DNA of 63,114 nt, filler included, from Collodictyon triciliatum (Eukaryota): the NCBI GenBank assembly GCA_043381765.1. It is 5 parts of 5 records of this genome, joined end to end, with 100 filler letters (N's around TTAATTAATTAA, not from the genome) between each part and the next. Parts side by side here need not be neighbours in the genome. Positions count along the whole stretch, not along the records: positions 1 to 12,520 come from JBHJMP010000471.1; positions 12,621 to 33,563 come from JBHJMP010000472.1; 3 more parts are not named here. One strand, 5' to 3'. The position numbers were made by a program, and so were the translations under genes. Positions 1 through 14,700 of the stretch are shown here, piece after piece (the first letter of the stretch is position 1; each line of letters opens with the position of its first letter). The notes beneath the pieces were generated by a model. The model saw only the letters and a list, made by a program, of their open reading frames with translations, was not told the DNA's origin and made no database searches.

Positions 1-863
1 GCCCAAAAGAAGAGAAAAAAAAAAAAAATTACAAATTTATAAAAAGGGAAAGTAAAAAATTTTCCTTTTGATTTTTTTTTTTTTTTTTACCTTTTTTTTT
101 CGTCACATCAAGCATACAAACCGGAGGATACATCGAGGGTGCCGTTCATCAAAGGAGAACCACAGATCGGGTGACATAGAAGCCTGCTATCTGCCTTTTG
201 ATACCAATTATAGTTCATTATATTGACTCTCATTACTGGAAAATATGCTTCACTATAATTTTCACCTGATAAAATATGAATTATGCACCAAACGCAATGA
301 AACCATTTTTGCTTCGAATCGAATAAAGGAGAAAAAAAACGCAATGAAACCATTTCCAAAAAACACCATAGTCATGATAACAATATCCTTTATACAAAGC
401 CAAGCCAGAAGAGCTTGACAACAAACTCTCATTTCTCCTCTTCTCACACACGCCGCTGTAAATCCTCTGAAGAATACAGCTCGAAAAGTCTTGATGCATC
501 ACAGGTAATCCATGAAAAATGGAGGAAAAAAACATTGCCCTCCTCGTCATGGCGGTGCAAGCTCGCGCACTGTGATTACTAAGTTTCTGTTCCACCATGC
601 ACATCATTATTAATATTTTTTTATTAATTTATTACTTAATTAATTAAGTTAATGACGAATTCATCAAAATCAAGTAATAGATTATTTTTAAAATAGTATA
701 TCCCACATTTAGAAAAGAAGCAGATCAACCACCCGGCCGAGGGTTCAACACCGATCGGGGCAACCACAACACCCACAAAGCAACAGAAAGCCGCCCGGAT
801 CCCTCGTGGCTGGCAAAGAACAACAGAACACTGCATAACTCCGCTCATAGCCTGCTGCAAAGG

Positions 864-1130
864 ATGGCATCGGACGACTTAACGTTTGACCTGACGAGCA
901 TCATCTTTGGAAACATCCCGCAAGACGGAAGCGATGAGCCGGGCGTCCTGACCCGCGTACTTTGTTACCGTTATTTACTTATACATGCTTTGTTTTCTCT
1001 TGGGCTATTTTCTTTTCCATTTAGGTTTCTCTTTTGATTTATTTTTCATTTACTTTCATTATTATTATTATCTTTATTTTTATTTTTATTTATATTATTA
1101 TTATTATTATTATTTTTATTTTTATTATTA

Positions 1131-1215
<85 letters not shown>

Positions 1216-3670
1216 GAAAACTATTTTGATTATCTGTATTGGCAATTCTTCTCTCTCCCTTTTTTTTTTTCAAGAGGGAATGAAGTTTTCTGCACACTTG
1301 CTATTAAATCTTGTACGTTGTCTTAAAATCAGCGGGAGCTGGAGTCGATGTCACGGTCAAACTTTTTGTCCAATTTTGATTTGGGATTGGACCTCAAGAA
1401 AGAGCTATTGGAAGAAAGCGCTCGTAAGCACTCCTTATAGTATATCAATCATACTCTATATATTTTCTCTTTATTCGACCATCAAACCCTATAATTAACA
1501 ATACATCCGAATCGAAGATTTTCATTCGAATGGGAAAAAGTCTTTTTTCCTTTATTCGATTCAAAGAATTCATATGAGAAAAATTAATGAAAAAATAACG
1601 AAACTTAAAAGAGAAAATAGTTGTGATAGAATATCAAACATTTTGAGGGCATTGAATGTAGAAATGAAGGCCATTAAAGGCATTCAAATATGTTATTACA
1701 GAAGTTGATACTGTCACCATTCCAAGTCGCCCAGCGCCAAAGCTTGAAGCACAGGATTATTCAGACATTCAAGAAGTTGCAGACGAAATTGCAGATAATG
1801 AGGAATACTATGCCAAGAAAGTCATAAAGTATTCATCAGCAGCTTCAAAATCGAAGTTAACAAAGGATGACGATGATGAGGACTATGATGCAGAAGAACC
1901 AACCCCATCCCAGCCAGCCACACGACTTCCTATTATTGCACAAAGTTCTGTCGCTGCCTCGCATGGTTTACCAGTTAAGATGGAGATTGACTCACCATCA
2001 ATTCTTGAAATAAAGAAAGAGGTTGATATTTTCTTTTTAAAATAAAATAATTGTTTGTAGTATGCACAAATGGAAAGGAATAATAAAATTGAATATTTGT
2101 AGTAACACCGGCATTTAAGTCAATACCAATGCGCAATTCAAGATGTCTTTTTTTTTTTTTTTTGATTATGAAGCTCTTTTGAATTCAATTTCACATTATC
2201 ATATATTCATTAAAGTTAAATAATGTCACATCAGAAGACCGCAGCGCCAACAGTTCCGTCAAGTACTAGAGAAGAGATTGAGGATCCTTATATCAGTAAT
2301 AATACCTCTTTTTTCTCTTTAATTTACTGTTTCATCATAATTTCAATACAATTGACAAAAGGTGTTAGGGTTAGAAGGGAAACTTTCAACTTATAAGAAA
2401 ATAAAAAAAGATTAAATAGCAGCTAGAATTTGATACATATCATGCGGATAAAAATTCGTATCTGACAATATTTCTATTACTCCTTGAAAGATGTCAGTCT
2501 GGCAGATTTTCCATCTACAACATGTCAAGATGGCACAACAATATTTAAGGTTCCTACCACGATTATATATATATGCCGTTCTATGCTGATGAGAAAAAAC
2601 ATTGAATCGTTATTATATCTGTTTTTTTTTTTTTTAAATTAAATAGTTCTCTGAATTGTTCATGTTCCGTGGTCACTTGCCGAATACGAAACTTCGAAGT
2701 CGGGGGCAGTTTGGTTTACCTTTACTTTTACTTTAACTTTAACTTTTACTTTTACTTTTACTTTTACTTTTACTTTTACTTTTACTTTTACTTTTACTTT
2801 TACTTTTACTTTTACTTTTACTTTTACTTTTACTTTTACTTTTACTTTTACTTTTACTCTTACTTTTACTTTTACTCTTACTTTTATTTCTATTTCTATT
2901 TCTATTTCTATTTCTGTTTTTTAAAAATTATTTCATAGCATCATATTCATAGGATAGGACACTTAAATAATATATTAAGTATCACTACCTTTTCTTACTT
3001 TTCTTGATTTTAGCCTCTCGGTATAAAGGAGAGATTACACCACAGGATGAGGAGCACTCTTTTTTTACACAAAAAGTGTCTCTTACCCCGAAGCTCAAAC
3101 CAATGAAACCGAAAAAAGCTGAACCCAAAGGAAATTTAAGTGGCTTTTACTTTTTGAATATAGATGCTGATGTTCTCAAGAAGGAGACTCAAAATATTGT
3201 AAGCTCTGAATCTTGATGATAATTCATTTTTTTCGTTACATGTCGTCCCATTTTCCCCACTTTTAAACCCCTCAACGTACAATCTTCTTCACGTTTCATA
3301 GTGTCTTGAATTAATTAGAGTCTAATTTTTTTTTTTTTACTTAATTTAATCAAATTTCAGAAACGAGCATATCCTTTATTCGACCACCTTTCCTGGGAGA
3401 ACGACATTGTATGGGAGGATGGTGGAGATAGTAAGGATTTTCAAGTCGAACTGGATGATGATATCCTAGAACTCCTCGCAGAAAACAAAGACGGAAAGCA
3501 GAGAAAGTAAAAAAAAACAAAAAACAAAAAACAAAAAACAAAAAACAAAAAACAAAAAAAAAAAAAAAAANNNNNNNNNNNNNNNNNNNNNNNNNNNNNN
3601 NNNNNNNNNNNNNNNNNNNNNNNNNNNNNNNNNNNNNNNNNNNNNNNNNNNNNNNNNNNNNNNNNNNNNN

Positions 3671-3728
<58 letters not shown>

Positions 3729-3772
3729 AAAAAAACAAAAAAACAAAAAAACAAAAAAACAAAAAAAAAACA

Positions 3773-3804
<32 letters not shown>

Positions 3805-6800
3805 AAAAACCTTCGAATAATCGAATTTGGACCGTACTTTTTTTCAATTATATGCCAATATGTACCCATCATCTTGCACAAAATGAAAGAAAATGACAAT
3901 ATGACACTAGCTTGGCTACAAAGCAAACTTCTTGAAGATTTTTGATTTTTTTTTTGGTTTTTTTCGTTCAATCTACTTAGAAGTATTCCAAGTGTGGTGT
4001 TTGACAACTCTGGGGATTCAAGGCACTGGGGTTTTATTGAAGACATCTCAACAGAAACTGCAATAGAAGGTATAATCGGAATGAGATTACCAAACATTAG
4101 CTTTTATTGTTTTTTAAATATCATAATGCTATTCATTTGAAAAAAGAGTTCAAAGTTATGATGTTGTGATGTTTATGATATCTCTGATATTTCTGATATT
4201 TCTCATTACTGATATTTCAGAGGCAAAGTCAAGTGAGCCAACAAAAAAGCCAGCGCCTCGCCAGACACCAAAATACGGTTTTAATTTATTTTTCATATCT
4301 GTTGCATAACCGCCATAATTATATGCACACTTACATCATCATCTTTGCTCGAAAATACACAAGGGGGAAAAAAATGAACATCCTACTGAATGTAACAATT
4401 ATATTGGGATATTTTGTAGAATTTGAAAATCTCAACCAAGACCTCGAGCTCGGTGACTGGGAGACACAAATCGTTTGGTCAGAAGACCAGGTATAATCTT
4501 TTGTCGAAGTGGTTATAATCTCTTAAAAACTTCTGTCACCAAAATTCTAGCACTGGGGGTTCACTATTTTCTTCATCGAGCGGAAATCTCCATTATTCAA
4601 TAGGTTAAGAACCTTGCAGATGTACCGATCTTGTACGACAGAAACGATCGAGCAATAAACATGTTTCTTGAAACAGTGAAGAATGACGGAACTGTAGAAG
4701 TTCTGCCAAAGTAAGGCTATGAATACGCAGTTATGGCATTTTTTTTTCTTTCATCAGTCGAGCATTTTTTCATTTCTCCAATAAATCACAAGATACTTGG
4801 ACAATGCAAACTTGTGTCCGACTCAATCTTAATGTTGCTATTTTTATGTAGAAAGCTCAAACCTGAAGCGCCAAAGTTGAGGATTGATGTATCGAAAGCT
4901 GAGGTTTCCCCTTTTTCTTCAAGCAATTTTTTTTAATAGCGGATTAATTGTTCCATCAGTTCCTTTAATATTACTTAAGTTAAACTTGAATTTGCTCCTG
5001 TATTATCTTTTGCTTTCATCAAACATCACAGAGTGAGCCTCCAAAAGAAGTAGCAAAATACATTAAACAAGCAAGATTGAAACCTTTGCATCCCAAGGTA
5101 GAAATACTCTGCAGATAATAATACCGGTTTTTTTTCCTGATAAAATGTAGAACAATCACTTCAAATTGAGAGATGATTTGACGCCAGCAATTTTGATGAA
5201 TTTATGTCTATTTTCCATACAGATTGCAAAGAAATTGACAAATGTGAGGCCTTTGCTAGGATATTTTGATCTGAAGTATTTCCACAAACCAAGATTTAAC
5301 ATGAATCCAAACGGTCGCTTTGTTATCACTGGACTAGCTTCACAGAGTATGAATCGCCTTTGTATCATTACAAGCTGTTTTATATCCTCATCTTGGTATA
5401 CTTCATCCTCTTTCTTCGGGCTTCTTGGCGATTAAATGTTATACTCATAGAATNNNNNNNNNNNNNNNNNNNNNNNNNNNNNNNNNNNNNNNNNNNNNNN
5501 NNNNNNNNNNNNNNNNNNNNNNNNNNNNNNNNNNNNNNNNNNNNNNNNNNNNNNNNNNNNNNNNNNNNNNNNNNNNNNNNNNNNNNNNNNNNNNNNNNNN
5601 NNNNNNNNNNNNNNNNNNNNNNNNNNNNNNNNNNNNNNNNNNNNNNNNNNNNNNNNNNNNNNNNNNNNNNNNNNNNNNNNNNNNNNNNNNNNNNNNNNNN
5701 NNNNNNNNNNNNNNNNNNNNNNNNNNNNNNNNNNNNNNNNNNNNNNNNNNNNNNNNNNNNNNNNNNNNNNNNNNNNNNNNNNNNNNNNNNNNNNNNNNNN
5801 NNNNNNNNNNNNNNNNNNNNNNNNNNNNNNNNNNNNNNNNNNNNNNNNNNNNNNNNNNNNNNNNNNNNNNNNNNNNNNNNNNNNNNNNNNNNNNNNNNNN
5901 NNNNNNNNNNNNNNNGCAAGGAAAACATCCGTGTCAGACGAAACAAGGCCAAAAGATTTCTCCGATGGACAACCTGCTGTCCTAGATCCTGATGAAGAGT
6001 CCCCATTTCTTGGGGTTGTTGAAGACGGTGAAACGATACAGGTTATTTTTATTTTCATTGAAAAAGTATATAAACAGATATGCTTATTCCACGACACATA
6101 TATTCTCATATGTATTTTCATAGTGCCTAGAAAACAACATGTTTAGAGCTCCGGTTGTGAAGCATACAACTCAACAAGGAACATTTCTTCTGATCAAGTA
6201 AAAAACAATAATTTCATATATGATGAAGTTATATGAGAATTTGATATTTTCTTTGCACAAAAATATCAATTTTATATTACTTATTGCACTCTTGATGATT
6301 TTAAGGAGAAAAGATACGAAGCTTTTCCATGTACGCAACATTCCATCTGTTTACATATGTGGACGTACTGAACCGATCATTCAAGGTACAAAAAACCATT
6401 TATCGGGACATAACATGCCTATTTAGCTCTGAAGCGTGTACCAATTCTTTCCAAAACGACAATCAGCACAAAAAAACTAATTTCATATCGATTGCCTCAG
6501 TTTCCCTGCCAAATGTAAAGGACGAAGACAAATATATTCGTGATAGGATTCGACTTTTTATACAGAGGCTGTTTCACAATATGCGGAGAGGAGCAGGACA
6601 AAACCTTTCTGGGGTACGACACCTACTATAATTAAGTTCGTAGATTTTACATAATCGATGTATGGTTCATTTATTGACGGTGAGATTTGCTTTTTTTTTC
6701 TTGATTTTTTGAGTAGACATCCATTTCTATCGAAGCTGTCCGTGAAGCTTTCCCATGTCTATCGCTTACTCACTTAAGACGCAAATTAAGAGAATTTTGT

Positions 6801-9800
6801 GAGCCTACGAATCAGGGTATTATTCCAACATAGTCTTCAATGACAATATCATGTTATATTAATTTACCGATTATGATGCTATTACATGTTATTATAAAAT
6901 TTTAATGCATAAACTAGCCATTCAAATCCTACTCATTTTTCATCAAGAACATTTTTTCTACTCATCTTAGAAATGTCGAAGTGGGTCTTTAACAAGGAGA
7001 ATAAACTTGAGACTGAAGGTTTCAGTGTCGCACACATTCTGCTTAACGGAATATATATATTGTAAAATTCTAAATTTCAACTAGGCAATATTCAAAAATC
7101 TACAATAAATTTAGATATTCTTACAAGTTGGATATCCCCCGAACAAGTCTGCCACTTCGAAAGCACACAATATGGCGCATTTCGTCTACAGATGATTCCA
7201 AAAGTATTTTTTTTTTTATCTTTTCTGAAAATAATACCTAAACATGAAGTAAAATTATCATATTTTCATTAATATGATTATGATTATGATTATGATTATG
7301 ATTATGATTATGATTATGATTATGATTAAGGTTATGATTAATATATATATATATATATTTAGGATTTTACCGATTTCGACCATTTGTATCTTCCTTGGAG
7401 AATTTCAGAACGAATAATCAAGGATAGAAAAGGACAGTTACCCGTGGATGGAGTCCCAAAACCCATGTCAAGTATTATTCTCTTCATTCCCCAGAAGCCC
7501 TAGCTATATTGGTCTTGAACTTTGTTGTGTCATTCCAACTCCAATCGAATCCCTGCAATTAAATTCGTAATTAGATAAGGCTATACAATCGCTGGTGAAG
7601 AATTCGACTGTAACTGGCACGAGTGCCGACCTTAGAAAGGTATGAAGCCGAATGAATCATTTTCATAATTATCCGATATATTTGAAAACTTTGGATTAAT
7701 ACATGAGTCTGATGAGTAGTAAATTCATAACAAGAGATTATAACCTTCTTTCTTCTTATTTTCAGGTGACACATGATGAAGCTAGAAAAATTCTGGTTAA
7801 TTTAGGCTATGACGAAGAAGATGTAAAATCTTGGGACCGATGGTTGTTATGCAGCTTATTTCTTTCTTATGACAGATAATTCTTGCATGTCGAAATTTTC
7901 ACTTTCCTAAAGATAACTGTAATGCTACCATCAAGGTCACTAGAATTCTTGCACATTTCTTTTAATTTTTATACAAATCACGTTAAACATTTATATATAT
8001 TTTTGGTATGCAGGACTTGTATCGATACAATAAGGAAAAAGTCCATCGAGCATTTGGCAGCTGGTGAAGAAAGTGAGATTACGAAATATGCTCGAGGGAC
8101 TCGCATGTCTCAATCACAACATTATCTTGATTACAAGGAAAAAGTTAACTTTAATACTAGATTGTTTGAGAATTGCATAGATTCATTTTATATTTTTTTC
8201 AGCCTACAAATATTTCAGGCTCTTTTCTCTGTTCTGATGCTTTTCTTTTATCTTGGTTTATTTTAATTTTTTAATTGAAATGGTATATACAAAATAATGC
8301 CTTAACCATCGCAGATACAACACGATTTTCGACAAAGATACTATGCACTGCATAAGAAGTATTTCGATGAGCCCGAAGAGAACGAGGCTTCGTGGGATAG
8401 CGATTTGGAAGACTTGGCGCGGTCTATGGGAACTATGTAGTTTTTCTATTTCGTTTTATTTTATCAACCATTACTGATGACATATTCAATTTTGCTTTTA
8501 ACATAGCATTAACTTGTTATCCGAAACAAGGTATCCTCATAATTTTTTTTGTTTGTTTAACTTTGATCTTTTAATTTTAAAAAAAATGAACAAAATGAAA
8601 GAGTGAAGCCGGTATCTACAGATGTAAGTTTATTACCATAATCTTTTCAAAAGTAATATCAAAGAAAGAAACTTGGACAACCTTTCAGAACCTTCCGAAA
8701 AACATTTAATAGATTGAAGAATATCATTTCCAGGTCGTTTACCATTTTTCTCTTTTCTTTCTTTTAACTATTGAAAATACAATTTTCAGAGTAAATCTCG
8801 AGAAGAAAAAGGAACAGCAGCAGACGTCTTCAAATCGCCACATATTAGAACACCATTCTCCCCAACCACTCCCAGCGTGGACCTGAATGGCTTGAATAAC
8901 CAGCCCTCTCTGTCAAATACTCAGCAGAATTTAGCGGGTAATTAAGCTTTAACCTGAAAGCAAGCCAAAAGCAAACAACCAAATAACCATTTGAACACGA
9001 TAGACGAGCTGCCTTATATTCAATATAATTGATGTTTAATGCAAAATATAAAATAAGTGAGACTATTTTAGTAGTTATCCCATCGATATACTTACGTTGA
9101 TGCATTATAGACCAGCCGGTAAATTTTACAAACAAGGTTATCAGGAGGATTATAAAGGTAACTCATGGGAGTATAAAAGGATTATTCTTGAATAGCAGAA
9201 TAGAAAAGTCAAAGAGTCAATGTAAAATCGATGGGGCGTGTGGCGGTTTTTCTACTCCCTTTGAGTGCAAAAATCTAATGGTTTCGTTTATTTTTATGTA
9301 TGATCAATAATCACAAGACCTTGAATCCGGACGGTTCGACGTCTTACAAAGAAGAAAGTAAAGATTATCTTATATTACCATATTTTAAATCAGCCAAGCC
9401 AAAAAAAGAAGAAGAAGAAAAAAAAAAGGAATTCATCGTTTCCATTATTAATATGATTTTTCAAAGTTATTCGTGATAAGAGGATTGTCGACTTGTACAT
9501 ACATATGACCCAGGCGTATGCAGGCTTTGTGTAAGCAATACATATTTAATAAAATGAAAGCAGTACTCCATATTGTATTTTTTATACCAGCTGTGTCTGT
9601 TTTCTCGAACTTGGATGATTATCATTCCTATTAACCAACTATATAACTACTAGCCGAGCTGAGTCAGGTTTTGGTGTGAACCCATCTGGGGATGCATCCA
9701 AGCGGGTATGTTACATATTTGGTGGGATATAATACATATTATATTCGATCCAAATTTATACTATCTAAATGGTAATGAATTTTTATGATAAAGATCTCAG

Positions 9801-11985
9801 CGCCCAGCAAAAGACCAGCCAGTAAGGTAGGCATTCGAAATCCTTACTAGATAGCACTAATGTCGCACAACTGCGCACACAAATCCTTAGAAACTGATAG
9901 ATACTAATATACTCTTATCAATCGTCTTCACTCAATCTTTTAAATCATATATATATATATGAAGGAAAGCGCTCAACTTATTTCTCTTCAAATCATGCAC
10001 CCACACCAGAAACAACAAACGGAAGCAACGCCAAAGTCGAAGAAGATTTTCATCAAGAACACACCATCAGTCGATGTGAAGCCACAATCGGTGATGTCTC
10101 CTACTTCCGTAACAACAGTTTCTCAAGTACTTCTACCACAATCAACACCAAATCCCGGACTTGTTGTTCGCCTCCAAAATTATGGGTGACCGATCCTCTC
10201 TTGCATAGTTAACGTTATTTTATTTTCCCCCTATATTCCATAACGGTCTTTTTTTCAAAATAATATATTCATATTATTCATCTACACCAAATACAATTTC
10301 ACCCACCATATTCCATATAAATATTACTTTCTATGGACTGTTGAAACTTTAGAAAAGCCACTCCAGGGCAGGCAGTCCAACCTCCTACGCAAACGCCGAC
10401 ACACACTCCAATCCAAACTGTTCCTAATTCTCTGACACCGCAGCCAATTCAATCCACCCCTGTGATTCAGAGCCGTGTCGCACGTATATATTGACTTGAT
10501 ATCATATAAAAAAAAACAACCCAATCTTCTACTTTTATAGCTTTTTATTAGCTAAAATTTTGAACAACGATGGCCAGATAAAATATCTGTGAAGAAGCGC
10601 CGAGATAATGAAGATGAGCCTATCGAAATCCCAGGCCCATCTCAAAAATCGCAAAGAAGGTTAGTTGCATTGATAATCTGGGCTATCTATTGATTATTTC
10701 TTTAATGATCCTTTTCACATTATTCCCCTATGGTATTGTTTCACCTGTTTTACCTGTTTCGAGGATTTCCGTATTCATTCATCCATATGTTTGAGCCCGT
10801 AATGACCTAATTATGATGCAGAGCACGCTCTGATGCGAGCTATCGGGTCTTGTTCTCGAATTTGTTTGATCAAATCATGCGGACGGCAGTAAAACAATTG
10901 GACCGAAATGTACCCAACAAATATCCCATTATATATCTTGTGCTTGAAATAACAATATCGCTATCCTCGGATAGAAAGGACGTTCTTAAGCACAAACTCA
11001 CCGCTATTTTTCTTTTAAAAAGGCACTTCCTTTTAATCGTCCTGTATCAATTGTTGAGGCGCCAGATTATTACCAGGTGATATCGAAACCGATGGACCTC
11101 GACACAATCAGAATGGTATGCATGGTTTTGAAAGTAAATGAAATGAAAAATAAAAAGGAAAAGAAAGGCCTACTACCGTTTTTTTCTCCTTAATCAACCC
11201 GTTGGTTAGTTATCACTTTATCATACTCTTTTGCAGAAAATAAAGAAGGAGCAATATGTTTCCCGCAAACAATTTATGGAGGATATTGACTTACTGCACT
11301 CTAATTGTTATGCATACAAGTTAGTGACTATTTTCTCCACGATTTCTTTTACAAATTGTATTACTTTCTTTCATCAAGGACTTATATTCCATCGGATTTA
11401 TCGCCTTCTTGTGCACTCGTTATGATTTCTCGTCCCCTTTCTTTTCTTTTCCTTTCCTTTTACGTATATGTATTGATATATCATCATTTAACGTACCCTC
11501 TCATAGCCAAACTCGTTATCCATATTTGCTCGGACTGGCAGACGCAGTCAGAAATGAATTCATTCGCCTCATAGACGCCGTAAAACGACCCCTCTTCACT
11601 ATTGAAATATATTATATAAAAACAATTTATTTCTCTATTCATTAAAGAAAAAAAGTTTTGCTATTTCCTTGTATCTACCGAAATTTGTTACCGAGCAAAG
11701 ACATTTTTGTGGTTGCCATAGGAGGAAGCAAAGTTCACAGAATACGAAGGTGGGATGCAGCGAATCGTCGAAGAAACCCGAAAGAAAGAAAGAGAGGAGG
11801 CTCCAAAGGTTTGATGGAACAAAGAGGCAAAACTCTGGCATTTCTAGCGAGATTCTTGACCCATTTATATTCATTATAAACCCTTCTGTTTTCTTTTCAC
11901 ATTTTCTTAACATAATTTTTTTCTCCAGGCTCTAAGTGTGGACGACAGTGCAGATGACCCCGAAACCGAAGACTCCAAGGATTGA
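864..11985 (+). CDS. TAF1: TFIID subunit 1 (TAF1), multi-exon, single C-terminal bromodomain; internal gaps at 3571-3670 and 5454-5915
   Basis: Hand-spliced GT-AG exons give MASDDLTFDLTSIIFGNI, AQDYSDIQEVADE, NQDLELGDWETQIVW, YFHKPRF, DEESPFLGVVEDGETIQ, ISPEQVCHFES, VTGTSADLRK, ITKYARGTR, and the bromodomain PFNRPVSIVEAPDYYQVISKPMDLDTI...SNCYAYN. Last exon ALSVDDSADDPETEDSKD*. Confidence 0.92.
1060..1214. repeat. (TAT)n microsatellite in TAF1 intron 1
   Basis: Direct inspection; source of the poly-Y/I/N ORFs. Confidence 0.97.
2720..2915. repeat. (TTTTAC)n grading into (TATTTC)n, intronic
   Basis: Direct inspection. Confidence 0.95.
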
Positions 11986-12477
11986 AGGCATGAATTCAAA
12001 GCTACTTTATGAACCGTTGCTGAGACGGTGCGCGAATAATTAATAAAGAAATATTTCAACTGATACATCGGATATAGTCGAGGATAGAAATCTGAACTAA
12101 ATACTGAGATATCTTGGCGCAGGAGTAAAGTATGAAATACAGTTCAACAGAGTTCTCATGTCCCTTTTGTACGCGATATTGCACGTAAATGTATCCTCTT
12201 TCTATTTTGTTTTATTTGGGGTAAACTTTGCTGCGATATGAAAAAAAAAATCTGCATGGCGTGTGCAAAACTAATGGAAAAGAATATAAGGCGAAACACA
12301 GAAGTAGATTCCAACACGACTTTCGGTAAACTTTTCTGTCCTGAAGGAAAAAGAAGTACTTGTCCATAATTTAGGCCAGCAAATGGGTAATTATTTATAT
12401 GGATGCGTTAATTATAGCATATCTGTTTCTTTCTCTTTCTTTCTCTCCTTTTTTTTTTTCCTTTCCCTTTCCCTTTT

Positions 12478-12520
<43 letters not shown>

Positions 12521-12620
12521 NNNNNNNNNNNNNNNNNNNNNNNNNNNNNNNNNNNNNNNNNNNNTTAATTAATTAANNNNNNNNNNNNNNNNNNNNNNNN
12601 NNNNNNNNNNNNNNNNNNNN
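12521..12620. other. Artificial contig linker N-TTAATTAATTAA-N
   Basis: Six-frame-stop 12-mer centred in a 100-nt N spacer; the same structure occurs four times in the window. Confidence 0.95.
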
Positions 12621-12724
<104 letters not shown>

Positions 12725-12990
12725 AAAAAAAAAGAACAAAAAAAAGAACAAAAAAAAGAACAAAAAAAAGAACAAAAAAAGAACAAAAAAAAGAACAAAA
12801 AAAAAGAACAAAAAAAAGAACAAAAAAAAGAACAAAAAACAATAAAAAAAAACTAAGAAAAGAACAAAGAAAAGAACAAAAAATGAAAAAGTGAAGTATC
12901 ATATTTACATCTATCTAGTAGATAGTTCTACTTTCGCCATGTTCACATACAGCCATTTACGAATGTATTTGTAATTACTCACAAACACAG

Positions 12991-13151
12991 ACCACGGACC
13001 CCCGCCGCGCCCTGAAACTCACTCGCACCCGAGTGTGCCTTCATCGCCCATGAATTACACCGGACTTTCACAACCGCAGTCACCCTCGACTTACCAGGCC
13101 GCCCCGGGCGTTCGACCAGGCTCGTTTGGTTACGGCTATCAGGACTATTAG
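12991..13151 (+). CDS. Probable last exon of a gene whose 5' part lies beyond the contig edge (Pro/Ser/Tyr-rich tail)
   Basis: GC-rich block after acceptor acacAG reads (D)HGPPPRPETHSHPSVPSSPMNYTGLSQPQSPSTYQAAPGVRPGSFGYGYQDY*; AATAAA downstream near 13251. Confidence 0.55.
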
Positions 13152-13525
13152 TTTCAGCAGCCTTGTCTTCGTGTTACTCATCAAACCCAAGAGATGGGTC
13201 TGGACATCTGTCCGTCTCTTATCCTCTGTTGCTCTTGCCCATTAAAACTTTAATAAATCATTTCTGCGTGATTGTGTGCCACATAATGATATTACCCCCT
13301 ATTTAGGCCTTTTTTTTCCCCTCGTTGATAGGAATTAATTCTGGTTTGCCCCGTATATTCGTAGTCGACTAACCTGTCTATTCCCATTTTGTTTTGTTTT
13401 GTTTTGTTTATTCGTCCATTTTGTCATTTTACTTTGCGCTATATCCGACAAGGAAGCAAATCCACGTATGTTTTTGGGTACGCCCATCCGTGCGTTACAG
13501 ATTGTGCACCTCTGAAGAATCCATC

Positions 13526-14700
13526 TTACTTGGATTTCGTCTCTGCCTTCTTTTTCTAATCACATGGAAATATATTTCAGTTAGTCTATGTTTTTGGATT
13601 TTGGGTGTTGAAGTCGGGCCAACACAGACACAATGGGAGTATGACTGTAATCACCAGTATTGGTAAATCTTGATGAGACAGCTTTGTAATGGTGAGAAAA
13701 ATTGTGTGAAAAGAAAAGAAAGACATTCAAAAAAAATAAGCAATTAATAAATAAAACGAAGAGCAAAAAAATCGCGTATGGACACGCAATCCTTACGTCC
13801 AGCTGCTTTAGGTGGTGTTTCAAGATGGAAAGGGAAAAAACACCGGCGATGAGAGTTTGTATAGTCCAAAACAACGCCACCTCTGCATTTTTTTTTTATT
13901 CATGTTAGAATAAGACATGATATCAAGTGAATTAATAATTTGGGGTTGGTTATGAAGGAATATGGCAGGTAACAAGGAAAAAAAATAGTACCCGAGGGAA
14001 AAAAAAAACATTTTATGAGTTGTTTGAATATTAACCGGGTTCCAAGTCCGATTTTGCGCAGAGCATGGCAGCGTAGAGACCCTCTATCACGTGGAGGGAC
14101 ATGGCGATGTAAAAAAGAATGACCCAATATTCGGTGTACGGGAGAAGCAGTGACTGGAACTGGTGCAGCGGCTCCCAAACGCTCATGTATTGAAGCGCAA
14201 CCTTTTGAAAGAAAGAAAAGTCCGTAAATAAATCAATGATAAATCAATGATAAATCAATAATAAATCAATAATAAATCAATAATAAATCAATAATAAATC
14301 AATAATAAATCAATAATAAATCAATAATAAATCAATAATAAATCAATAATAAATCAATAATAAATCAATAATAAATCAATAATAAATCAATAATAAATCA
14401 ATAATAAATCAATAATAAATCAATAATAAATCAATAATAAATCAATAATAAATCAATAATAAATCAATAATAAATCAATAATAAATCAATAATAAATCAA
14501 TAATAAATCAATAATAAATCAATGATAAATCAATGATAAATCAAAATAAATCAATTAACAAAACAAACGCTGGGCTTCAACGCAGTAAAATAGAGATGAC
14601 CAAGACCGATCAAAACGAAGGCCCACGCCCACACCGACGGTGTTTCGTAGGGGATGCGATGGAATATGGATTCTTTTTTTCCTCTGTTGCTGGCGGACAT
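13526..14700 (-). CDS. TMEM254/DUF4499-like small membrane protein (exons 14700-14569, 14201-14036, 13882-13797, 13555-13526)
   Basis: Phase-consistent GT-AG splicing: YETPSVWAWAFVLIGLGHLYFTALKPS...ILFYIAMSLHVIEGLYAAMLC...ALFWTIQTLIAGVFSLSIL...KKKAETKSK*. The H-x-x-E and W-x-x-QT-x-x-x-G-x-x-SL patterns match TMEM254. The start could instead be ATG 14757. Confidence 0.8.
14227..14545. repeat. 11-bp minisatellite (AATAAATCAAT)n, intronic
   Basis: Direct inspection. Confidence 0.97.

Noticed and set aside
108-860. Possible minus-strand gene divergent from TAF1
   Set aside because: GC-richer blocks exist but I could not build a phase-consistent model or recognise a motif.
3131-3163. Possible 33-nt GA-AG non-canonical intron in TAF1
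   Set aside because: The segment is in frame and stop-free, so it can be read as exon; it cannot be decided without transcripts.
12565-12576. TTAATTAATTAA palindrome recurring inside gaps
   Set aside because: Assembly spacer with stops in six frames. The similar run near 636 is ordinary AT-rich sequence.
13089-13120. ACTTACCAGG resembling the U1 snRNA 5' end
   Set aside because: Mismatch to ACTTACCTG, no recognisable U1 stem-loops or Sm site, and it lies in a plausible coding exon.
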